Assembly (NCBI RefSeq): GCF_004010195.1 | Contig: NC_057719.1 | Span: 57,967,823 to 58,031,822, forward strand | Origin: Chiloscyllium plagiosum | Taxonomy: Eukaryota | DNA length: 64,000 nt | Direction: 5' to 3' | Part shown: piece after piece, positions 52,381-64,000 of the stretch | How positions within the stretch are numbered: position 1 is the first letter of the stretch | How the letters are laid out: the number at the start of each line of letters is the position of its first letter | Translations under genes and position numbers: made by a program | The notes under the pieces: model-generated | What the model was told of the DNA's origin: nothing | The model's input: only the letters and a program-made list of their open reading frames with translations | Database searches by the model: none

Positions 52381-55300
52381 AATACTCAATGTCCATAAAA
52401 TACATCAAAATCATTTCGTCCTTCACTAGGGCACCCCTTGTGCCCTCAAAAGGATCTCTCTGTGACTCATATCTATTGACACCTATTGTGAATCTATCTG
52501 AGGTCTTCTGAAGACTGAAAAACATTACTACAATCTAGCATCAGAACTGCTCTAGTGAGAGCTAAATTTTTAAATTCAGGCTAGTTATGGATTGAAGGGT
52601 TTGGGAAGCAGATTTTGGAAAGGTGGGTGGGAGGGTTGGTCTTTCATTTGTGCAGCTGGGCACAACTCTGCCACATATGGGTGGATTGGGCAAGGCAAGG
52701 TCCAACACCATCCATGCACTCTTGCAAGTGTCAGCTGCCAACTCTTACATTTACAAGATTCACAAAGAATAATACAGCACAGGAACAAGCCCTTCTGCCC
52801 ACAAAGCCTGTGTCATCTTTCTGAATTAATAACCTTTTGCCTCTATACAGTCCGTATCCATCTATCCTCTGCCTATTCATGCATCTATCAAGATGCCTCT
52901 TAAACACTACTATTGTATCTGCTTCTACTACCTTATCTTGCAGTGAATTCTAAGCACTTACCACCCTCTGAGTAAAAAAACGCGATTCTCAACATCTCCT
53001 TTAAACTTTCCCCCTTTCACCTTAAATCTATGTCCCCTAGTCATTGATATTTCTACTCTGGAAAGACTCCAACTATCCATTCTATCCAAGCCTCTCATAC
53101 ATGTGAGACATTCTATCAGGTCGCTTTTCAACCTCTGATGTTCAAGTGAAACTAAACCAATCTCTCCTCATAGCTAATAACCTTCAAATCAGGCAACATT
53201 CTGGTAAATCTTTTCAGTACCTTCTCCAAAGCTTCCACATCCTTCTGGTAATGTAGTGACCAGAACTGTAAGTAATATTCCAAATGTGGCCTAACTAAAG
53301 TAATTTACAGCTGCAACATGACTTGTCAATCTTTATTAGTATTAGATTTCATTGCACTATACTCAACTATAGGAATAAACAATGAAAAGTGTACTGAGTC
53401 ACCATTTTCTGGCACCATCTTGGTTACAAAACAAAATGTTATAAAAAAACAACAGCAAAAGGAAGGCCAAAAGGTAAGAAGAATGTCCAGATTTTAAATT
53501 CTAAATCTTACTTCTATATAGGTGTTTGGAACCACTGACAAAGCCATGGCCAGAAAGCTTGGTCAGCCTGCGAGTCTTGCATCAATTGAGGGGAGGAGCC
53601 CTGTTTTTGCTGCTGCTGATATTGCCACCACTGTTTCTGCCTCTGTCTCCAGTGACGGAGGAGTTTTGCCATTCCTGCCGCTAGCCTTGAACGCTGAGAG
53701 GAATTGAATTCTTGCTGTTGCTATCACTGTCATCTCCAATTGCCAGGTGGAGTCACATCTGCCACCGCCAACCACCATGATGCTCCACCGGGAGGAACCA
53801 AATCTGCTGCCATTGCCTCCGATCACCAGGAGGAATCATGTCACCTGCCACCACCACCTCAGACCGCCTGGAAGCTGCTGTCAATCCGCACATGGCAAAC
53901 CCACCATAACCCTACCACTATGTCACTATTCTTTTTTTTATTATGCCCCTACTGATTTTTATTATGCCCTTACTGATGTAGGCAAGCATGCCACATATCT
54001 TCGTGATTACCTTATCCACTTGTATTGCCACTATCAGGGCACTGTGGACCTAGACACCTAGATCCCTCTGTACCTTAATGCTGCTAAGGTTCTGCCATTT
54101 ATTGTATACATCTCTTGTGCATTAGACTTTCCAAAATGCATCACCTCACATTTGTTGGATTAAATTCCATCTTCCATTTCTCCATCCAAGTCTCCAGCCA
54201 AGCTATATCCTGCCATATTATCTGACAATCCTCCTCATTAACTGCAGCTCCCGCAATCTTTATGTCATTCACAATCTTACCAATCAGACCATCTACATTC
54301 TCCTCTAAATCATTTATGTGTATTGCAAACAGCAGGGGTTCCAGCAGTGATCCCTGCAGAACAATACTGGTCACAAATCTCCAATCTGAAAAGCACCCTT
54401 CTCATGCTACTTTCCGTCTTCTATGACCAAGCAGTTCTGTATCCATCTTACAAGCTCAACGTCAATCCCACCTTTTATCTTCACCTTTTATCAGCCTGCC
54501 ATAATGGACCTTGTCAAAGGCCTGGCTAAAATCCATGTAGAGAGTATCCAGCAACCAGCCCATGTCAGTCATCTCCATCATTTCCTCAAAAAACTCAACC
54601 TCGCTTGTGAGACAAAGCCATGCTGCCTATCAGTAATATGACTATATTTTTACAAATATCAGCAAATTTTATCCCTAAGAATCTTCTCCGATAATTTCCC
54701 TACCAATGCCTGTAATTTCCAGGATTATCTCAATTGCCCTTCTGAAAAAAAAGGAATAATATTGGCTACCCTCCAGTCTTCGGGAACCTCGCCTGTGATT
54801 AAAGAGCATACAGCACAAAGATTTCGTACAGGGCCCCAGTAATTTCTTTCCTTACCTCCTTCCATATTCTAGGATGGATTCCATCAGGCCTGAGCATTTG
54901 ATAACCTTAATGCTTTTCAAAATATCCGACACCTCCTCCTTTTTTATCTTGACATGTTCTAGTTGAACAACCTACTGCTCTCTAGACTCATCATTCACCA
55001 TGTCCTTCTCCGCTGCAAATATCGATGCAAAGTATTTGTTAAGGACCAAACCAACTTCTTTTAGCTCCACGCATAAATTCTCTCTTTCATCCATGACTGG
55101 ACCTAACCTTTTCCTTGCTACCCTCTTGCTCCTTATATATGTATAAAATGTCTTGATATTTTCCTTAATCCTGTTTGAAAAGAACATTTCATGGCCCATT
55201 TTAGCCCTCCTAATTACTTGTTTAAGTTCTTTCCTGCTTCCTTTATATTCTTTGAGGGCCCAGTCTAACTTCAGTCTCCTAAATCTTACATGTGCCTCCT

Positions 55301-55490
55301 TTATATTTTTGACCAAGCTCACAATTTCTCTTGTCATCCAAAGTTCCTGAATCTTGCCATTCTTCTCTTTTATTTTCACAGGAATGTGCTGGCCCTGAAC
55401 TCTAATCAACTGACCTTTAAAAGACTCCCACATGACAGTTGCGAATTAACCTTCAAACAGCCACCCCCAATCTATATTCTCCAGTTTGTT

Positions 55491-58400
55491 GTCCACTACA
55501 TTTTGTCATTTATATAAATGATTTGGATATGAACATAGAAAGTATAGTTAGTGCGTTTGCAGATGACATCAAAATTGGAGATGTAGTGGACAGCGAAGAA
55601 GGTTACTTCAGAGTACAATGGGATCTTGATCAGATGGGCCATTGCGCTGATGAGTGGCAGATGGAGTTTAATTTAGACAAATGTGAGGTGCTGCATTTTA
55701 GAAAGGCGAATCACCGCCGGACTTATATACTTAATGGTAAGGTCCTGGGGAGTGTTGTTGAAGAAAGAGACCTTGCAGTGTAGGTTCATAGTTCCTTGAA
55801 AGTGGAGTCGCAGGTAGACAACACAGTGAAGAAGGCATTTGGTATGCTTTCCTTTATTGGTCAGAGTATTGAGTAGAAGAGTTGGAAGGTCATGTTTTAG
55901 CTATACAGGATGTTGGTTAGGCCACTTTTGGAATATTGCGTGCAATTCTGGTCTCCTTCCTATTGGAAAGATGTTGTGAATCTTGAAAGGGTTCAGAAAA
56001 CATTTATAACAATGTTGCCCGGTTCGGAGGATTTGAGCTGTAGGGAGATTCAGAGAGATGTACAGCAGGGAAACAGACCCTTCGGTCTGATTCATCATGC
56101 CAACCTGATATCCCAACACAATCTAGTCCCAAATGCCAGCAACTGGCCCATATCCCTCTAAACCACTCCTATTCATATATTCATCCAGATGACTTTTAAA
56201 TGTTGTAATTGTACCAGCCGCCACCACATCTTCTGGCAGCTCATTCCATACACATACCACCCTCTGAGTGAAAAGGTTGCCCCTTAGGTCTCTTTTACAT
56301 GTTTCCTCTCTCACCCTAAACCTATGAGCTCTAGTTCTGGACACCCCACCCCAGGGAAAAGACTTTGTCTATTTTTCTTATCCATGCCTCTCATGATTTT
56401 GTAAACCTCTACAAGTTCACCCTTCAGCCTCCGACACTCCAGGGAAAACAGCCTCTCCCTGTAGCTCAGATCCTCCAACCTTGGCAACATCCTTGTAAAT
56501 CTTTTCTGAAATCTTTCAAATTTCACAACATCTTTCTGATAGGAAGGAGACCAGAATTGCATGCAATATTCCAACAGTGGCCTATCCAATGTCCTGTACA
56601 GCCTCAACATGACCTCCCAACTCCTGTACTCAATACTCTGACCAATAAAGGAAAGCATACCAAACGCCGTCTTCACTATCCTATCTACCTGCGACCCCAC
56701 GTTCAAGGAGCTATAAACCTGCACTCCAAGGTCTCTTTGTTCAGCAACACTCCCTAGGACCTTACCATTAAGTGTGTATGTCCTGCTAAGATTTGCTTTC
56801 CCAAAATGCAGCACCTCGCATTTATCTAAATTAAACTCATCTACCACTCCTCAGCCCATTGGCCCAGCTGATCAAGATCTAGTTGTAATCTGAGATAACC
56901 TTCTTCACTGTCTACTACACCTCCAATTGTGGTGTCATCAGCAAACTTACTAACTATACCTCTTTTGCTTATATCCAATCATTTATATAAACGATGAAAA
57001 GTAGTGGACCCACTATGCACTAACTATACCTTCTATGTTCATATCCAAATCATTTATATAAATGACAAAACGTAGTGGACAACAAACTGGGGAATATAGA
57101 TTGGGGGTGGCTGTTTGAAAATTAATTCGCATCTGTCATGTGGCACTCCACTGGTCACAGGCCTCCAGTCTGAAAAACAACCCTCTACCACCACCCTCTG
57201 TCTTCTACCTTTGAGCCAGTTCTGTATCCAAATGGCTAGTTCTCCCTGTATTCCATGAGATCTAACCTTGCAAACCAGTCTCCCATGAGGTACTTTTCGA
57301 ATGCCTTTCTGAAGATCACATCCACTATTCTGCCCTCATCAATTCTTTTGTTATTTCTTCAAAAATCTCAATCAAGTTTGTGAGACATGATTTCCCAAGC
57401 ACAAAGCCATGTTGACTATCCCTAATCAGTCTTTGCCTTTCCAAAAACATGTACATCCTGTTCCTCAGGATTCCCTCCAACAACTTGCCCACCACCGAAG
57501 GCAAGCTCACTAGTCTATTGTTCCCTGGCTTGTCCTTACCACCTTTCTTAAACAGTGGCAAAACATTAGCCAACCTCCAGTCTTCTGGCACCTCACCAGT
57601 GACTATAGATGATATAAATATCCCAACAAGAGGCCCAGCAATCACTTTCCTAGCTTCCCACAGAGTTCTCGGGTACACATGATCAGGTCCTGTGGATTTA
57701 TCCACCTTTACCCGTTTCAAGACATCCAGCACTTCTTCCTCTGTAATATGGACATTTTGCAAGATGTCACCATCTACTTCCCTACAGCCTATATCTTCCA
57801 TATCCTGATGCAAAATACTCATTTAGTATCTCCCCCATTTTCTGCGGCTCCACACAAAGGCCGCCTTGCTAATTGTTGAGGGGCCCTATTCTTTCCCTAG
57901 TTATCCTTTTGTCCTTAATATATTTGTAAAATCTCTTTGGATTCTCCTTAATTCTATTTGCCAAAGCTATCTCATGTCCCCTTTTTGTCCTCCTGATTTC
58001 CCTCTTAAGTATACTCCTACTTCCTTTATATTCTTCTAAGGATTCACTCAATTTATCCTGTCTATACCTTACATATGCTTCCTTCTTTTTCTTAACAAAA
58101 CCCTCAATTTCTTTAGTCATCCAGCATTCCCTATCCCTACCAGCTTTCCTTTCACTTTTTCTGGATTCTCGTTATCTCAGTTCTGAAGGCTTCCCATTTT
58201 CCAGCTGTCCCTTTACCTGCGAACATCTGCCCCCAATTTGCTTTCATGAGTTCTTGCCTAATACCGTCAAAATTGGCCTTTCTCCAATTTAGGACTTCAA
58301 CAGTCACCTGTCCTGCCTTATTTCCCAAGAGTAGGTCACATTTTGCACCTTCTCTAGTAGGTACATCCACATATTGAATCAGAAAATGTTCTTGTACACA

Positions 58401-60692
58401 CTTAACAAATTCCTCTCCATCTAAACCCTTAACACTATGTCATTCCCAGTCTATGTTTGGAAAGTTAAAATCCCCTACCAAACCAACCTATTATTCTTAC
58501 AGATAACTGAGATCTCCGAACAAATTGGTTTCTCAATTACCCTCCGACTACTAGTGGGTGTATAATACAATCCCAATAAGGTGATCATCCCTTTCTTATT
58601 TCTCAGTTCCACCCAAATAACTTCCCTGGATGTATTTCCGGGAATATCCTCCCACAGTCCAGCTGTAATGCTATCCCTTATCAAAAACACCACTCCCCTT
58701 CCTCTCTTGCCTCCCTTTCTATCCTTCCTGTCGCATTTGTATCCTGGAACATTAAGCTGCCAATCCTGTCCATCCTTGAGCCATGTTTCTGTAATTGCTA
58801 TGATATCCCAGCCCATGTTCCTAACCATGCCCTGAGTTCATTTGCCTTCCCTTATAGGCCTCTTGCATTGAAATAAATGCAGTTTATCAGTCTTACCTTG
58901 TTCTCTGCTTTGTCCCTGCCTGCCCTGACTGTTTGACTCACTTCTTTTCTCAACTGTACCAGTCTCAGATTGAAATCTTTCCTCACTATCTCCCTGGGTC
59001 CCAACCACCAATTACTATTTTAAATCCTCTCAAGCAGCTCTAAGAAATCTCCCTGCCAGTATATTAGTCCTCTTCCAATTTAGGTGCAATCCGTCCTTCT
59101 TGTACAGGTTACTTCTATCCCAAAACAACTTGCAATGATCCAAAAATGTGAATCCTTCTCCCATACACCAGCTCCTCAGCCATGCATTCATCTGCTCTAT
59201 CCTCCTATTCCTGCCCTCACTAGCTTGTAGCACTGGGAGTAATCCAGATATTATTACTCTCGAGGACCTCCTTTTTAAATTCCTGCCTAACTCTCTGTAA
59301 TCCTCCTTCAGAATCTCAACCTTTTCCCTTCCTATGTTGTTGGTTGCAATTTGCACAATGACCTCCTGCTGGCCTCTCTCTCCTTTGAGAACATTTTGCA
59401 CTCTCTCTGAAACATCCTTGATCCTGGCACCAGGGAAGCAACACACCATTCTGATTTTTTGCTGCTGGCCACAGAAATGTCTGTCTGTACCTCGGACTAG
59501 AAAGTCCCCTAACACAATCAATTGCTTCAAACCCAATATACCTCTCATTACATTAGAGCCACTCTCAATAGCAAAAACTTGGATGTTCGTGCTACGTTCA
59601 CCTGAGAATCCATCACCCCCTACAATTTCCAAAACAGCATACTTGTTTGAAATGGAGATAGCCACAGAAGACTCCTGCACTACCTGCCTAACCTATCGTG
59701 GAGTTAACCCATCTATGTGACTGTATCTGAGACATTCCCCCCCTTCCTATAACTGCCATCCATGACATCCCTTTGCTCTTGTAAATGCCTCATTGCCTCT
59801 AACTGCTTCTCCAACTGATCCTTTCGATCTGATATGATTCACAACCAATGGCATTTATTGCAGATATAATCCTCAGTAACCCGTAAACTCACCCTAAACT
59901 CCCACATCCGACAAAAAGAGCATATCACTCTACTATGGGCTATTTTTGATTCTTTCAATCTACAGACCCAGAAAATAGCACTGTCTTATTCCTCTACAAA
60001 TCACTGCTGCAGGTTAAATTAATACTTATGGCTTGTATTTTCAGTTTCATCAAGAGACATAGCTTAATAGAACATATAATCAAGAAAGAACCCACTCTAC
60101 TCATTACTGCAGACTTATTTTTAAAAAACACTTGTCTGTTTCTGTACTGTGACCTCTCCCAACAGATTCCTCCAAGATCAGTTGTAAATTTACTGTTTTT
60201 CAATTTTCTCAGACGCACTCCAATGTCCAGCGATCTCCTGCACTGACCTCACCATGTACTTCCTTTGTCTGAATATGCTGGGGATGTTTTTCTCTGGAGC
60301 ATCGGAGGCTGAGAGGTGACCTTATAGAGGTTTATAAAATCATGAGGGACATAGATAGGATAAATAGACAAAGTCTTTTTCCTGGGGTGGGGAGTCCAGG
60401 ACTAGAGGACATAAGTTTAGGGTGAGAGGGGAAAGATGTAAAAGGGACCTAAGGGGCAGTTTTTTCATGCAGAGAGTGGTGCATGCATGGAATGAGTTGG
60501 CAGAGAAAGTGGTGGAAGCTGGTATAATTACAGCATTAAAAAGGCATCAGAATGGCTATATGAACAGAAATGGTTTAAAGGGATATGGGCTAAGTGCTGG
60601 CAAATGGGACTACATTTGGTTAGAATATCTGATCAGCATGGATGTGTTGGAGCGAAGGGTCTGTTTCTGTGTTGTACATCTCTATGATTCTA
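55491..60692 (+). mobile_element. 5'-truncated CR1 (pieces 55491-56048 and about 60270-60692) split by a younger CR1
   Basis: Sequence breaks at atttgagctgtagggaga and resumes at ctgaatatgctggg, contiguous in other copies such as the one at about 21630-21660. Confidence 0.88.
56049..60269 (-). mobile_element. Near-full-length CR1 LINE with 5' UTR, ORF1 SGNH esterase and ORF2 EN/RT, frameshifted
   Basis: ORF 59030-59680 (GDx, FPGAR, DGLH blocks), 58475-58828 (APE), 57325-57822 and 56311-56847 (RT). Closely matches 31652-35238. Confidence 0.96.
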
Positions 60693-60746
60693 ACTAGCCT
60701 TTCCTAAATTTAGTACTTTCATCCAATGACTAGTCTTATCCTGAAA

Positions 60747-61080
60747 GCACGGTGGCTCAGTGGTTAGCACTGCTGCCTCACAGCGCCAGGGACCTGGGTT
60801 CGATGCCAGCCTCAGGAAAAGTTTGCACATTCTCCCTGTGTCTGCATGGGTTTCCTCTGGGTGCTCTGGTTTCCTCCCACAATCCAAAGATGTGCAGGTT
60901 ATGTGAATTGGCCAAACTAAATTGTCCATAGTATTCAGGGATGCTCAGGTTAGGTGCATTGGTCAGGGGTAAATATAGGATAATAAGGTAGGGAATCTGG
61001 GTAGGTTACTCTTTGGAGGGTTGGTGTGGACTTGTTGGGCCAAAGAGCCTGTTTCCACACTGTAGGGATTCTATGATTCT
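60747..61080 (+). mobile_element. HE1-type (V-)SINE
   Basis: gcacggtggctcagtggttagcactgctgcctcacagcgcc head with a gattctatgattc tail. Confidence 0.88.
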
Positions 61081-64000
61081 TATTGGTAAGTAACTTAGAG
61101 AATTATGATTACTATTCCTAAAAAAGTGTCCCACTGAAACCTTGATCACCTGGCCAGACTCATTCCCCAATACCCAGGTCTATTATAGCCCTTTCACTAG
61201 TTGTACTATTTACATCCTTCTGGACACATATAACAAATTCCTCCTCATCCAAGCCCCTGACATGAAGGGAGTTCCAATCAATATAGGGAAAGTTAAAATC
61301 ACACATTACAACAACCCTGTTGATTTTACATTTTTCCATAATCTGTCCACGTATATGTTCCTCTATCTTCTGCTGACTGTTCAGAGAGCTACAGTAAAAT
61401 CCCAAAGTGATTGCACCGTTCCTATGCCTGAACAATATTCCTTTGGCCTCGCTGGGTGAAATCTTCAAGGTGTCCTCCCTCAGTACAGCTGTGATATTCT
61501 CCCTAATCAGTAACGCTACTCCCCCACCTCTTTTAAATACCTCTCTACCTCGTCTGAAAAAAAATTAAATCCCGGAAGGTTAAACTGCCAGTCTGGTCCC
61601 GCTCTCAACCAAATCTCTAATAGTTACAACGTCATAGTTATATGCAGCAATCCAAGCTCTAAGTTCATCTGCCTAACTTGTCGTACTCCTTGCAATAAAA
61701 TAAATACACTTCACATCACCAGTTCCACTGTGTTCTCACTGTTCATTCTTCTCTTAGCCTTACTGATCTCATTCTCTAATTCCTCCTCAGTCATTTCACA
61801 TGTTGATCTACTGCTCTGCTTCCCACTCCCTGCCACACTAGTGTTAACCTTCCCAAGTGACACTAGCAAACCTGCCTGCCAGTATATTGGTGCTTGTCCA
61901 CTTTAGGTGTTACCCATCCTTCCTGTACAGGTCCCACCTTCCCTGGAAGACATCCTAATGTTCGACATATCTAAAACTCTCTCTTCTACACTAGGTCTTT
62001 CGCCACATATTTATCTGTACTATACTCCTATTCCTAGCCTGACTGGCATGTGGCACAGAGAGTAATCCTGAGATTACAACCCAAGAGGTCCTGTTTATCA
62101 ATTTACTACATAATTCCTTGAACTCCCTTTGCTGCTCACCCTCCCTTTGAGAATATCCCACATCCACTCAGACATCCTTGACCCCGGCACAAGGGAGGCA
62201 ACACACTATCCTGAAGTCTCTTTTCCTACCACAGGAATGCTTAGCAGTACCCTGATAATAGAGTCCCCTATTACTATTGCTCTACTGCACTTTGACCGTC
62301 TCTGCTGTACAACAAAGCCAGTGATGGTACCACCACTCTGGCTGCTGCTGTCACAACCTTGATAGGCAATTCCCCCCAACAGTGTCCAAAACGGTATATT
62401 TGTTAGATGGGGAAGCCACAGGGGACTCCTGGACTGTCTGCCTGTCCCTTCCAGTGGCCACCCATCTGTTTGCCTGAACCTTGTGACCATGTCTTTAAAA
62501 CTCCTTCCTACGATGCTTTCTGCCTCCTGTCTGCTCCTGTGTGTCCAACTGTCACTCCAACCAATCCAAGTATTCTGACAGGAGCTGCAATTGGACACAC
62601 TTACTGCAGATGAACTCGTTAGAGACATTCAAACTGTCAAGATGTGTTGTTTAGGTTTTCGACCGGGTCGTTCTTCTCTGCTCCTGGACTGGGGCCTAAG
62701 AAATTTCCAACCAATGGCTTTCTGTAAGCATTTAATGCCACATTCATATTTGCATTAGAACATGCCAGTGACATTGATTCTAACACAATTCAACCTGATA
62801 TGCTACTATCCGCATAGTATTTCAAGGTTTTTCACAGATTTGTTTTGAAATATTAGAAAAATTAAATTTCTATTAATAACCCTGCTTTAGAATGATAGTC
62901 CTTCAGATTTCATACCAGTAATATTACAGATAGATTTTTAAACTGTCCATTTGCCACACTCACTATTTAAATAATGCTTTCAGCTTTCAAATTGTCACGT
63001 TTTATGCAGAAGAGAACAGCTATGAATTGAGCTGCATGTTGTGACATCTAATAATGTAATTGTATAGTAATATATTGTAGAAAATACAATCTTACAACCA
63101 TTTATAAGTTCCAATAATATAACATTTTGGTCAGATTTTTTATCACACATTATGAAAATAATCTTATCCCACAACATGCAGCTCAATTGTGTAAATGAAA
63201 ACGTTTTAAAGCCATAGCACATTAGATATATTTGTTTTAACTGACCCCACTCCCACACTTCCCAGGACACAAATAGTATATTTACATAACTTGAAACGCC
63301 CAAATTAATTATTTATAGGGAGAAAGTTGGAAGAAGTAGCAAAGAAATTATATTTTCAACTGCCTCTTACAAATTCCATCTAACCTCTCCCTCCACACAT
63401 GAAAGAATGTTTTAAGATCAAGACATTTAAAATTATTTCACAAGTAACGTACATAATGACGTACAGTAATTTTGCAGTTTAGGCAGTGTGCCTACCTCAA
63501 GATCATGTGATCACAAAGATACGATTGGGTGCTCACAATATTAGGGATGTAATTTGCTATCCAGATTATCTGGGGGAAACAGTGCCTGAGTTATTCCTCT
63601 GGAATGTTGAAAATAGGGGTAAGATGATTGCTTAAATGTAGCTTCAGTGAGAGACTGAAAGGGCAGAGTGCATTAACCATTTGTTCCACTCCCGAATTGA
63701 TTTACCTTTCCAGTGATCTTAAGTGGTAAACACATACTGATACTTAGGATTTCCATGATCATTTTACATTTAACATGAGGTTAAGTCATTGACCCCATTT
63801 ATAGCAAAACTCAAGATCCCAGGCACTTCTTGGTGTAATTTCAAATATCTCAGCTTGCTTTGATAGGTATGGACATTACATTTCAGATCATGAAAGCTTG
63901 GTATATTCATTAGAAAAGACACAATACTGCATAGAAAACTTATCAAAGGCTTTCCCTTTATCTTGTGCTACCATAGTCATTAAATTGAGATAGTAAAATG

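Larger units (their letters stand above)
52750..62630 (-). mobile_element. Old CR1 LINE, fragmented by nested insertions (pieces about 52750-53335, 53930-55490, 60693-60742, 61081-62630)
   Basis: Collinear decayed ORF1 (VIGDSIIR), EN (ORF 61160-61468), linker (54972-55433) and RT (54141-54374) pieces. Confidence 0.8.

Overview
AT-rich, repeat-dominated vertebrate genomic DNA. HE1-type V-SINEs, a Deu-domain SINE, CR1 LINEs and Penelope-like elements point to a cartilaginous fish (shark); this is inferred from the repeat families. No complete host gene can be read, and the longest, recognisable ORFs in the track are broken pieces of CR1 ORF1 (SGNH esterase), CR1 ORF2 (APE endonuclease plus RT) or Penelope GIY-YIG. 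The window contains: two near-full-length minus-strand CR1 copies; a three-tier nested CR1 stack at about 52.7-62.6 kb containing a 127-bp inverted templated insertion; about a dozen short Penelope-derived inserts carrying minimal hammerhead-ribozyme motifs (three stem-II families, several fold-back, many with 10-15 bp target-site duplications); two Harbinger-type Myb/SANT fossils; a ~215-bp-arm inverted repeat; and several unassigned candidate minus-strand exons. The hammerhead elements are the most interesting signal. Hammerheads in Penelope elements are known in general, so novelty for this lineage needs checking. All coordinates were read by eye, and repeat boundaries are approximate.
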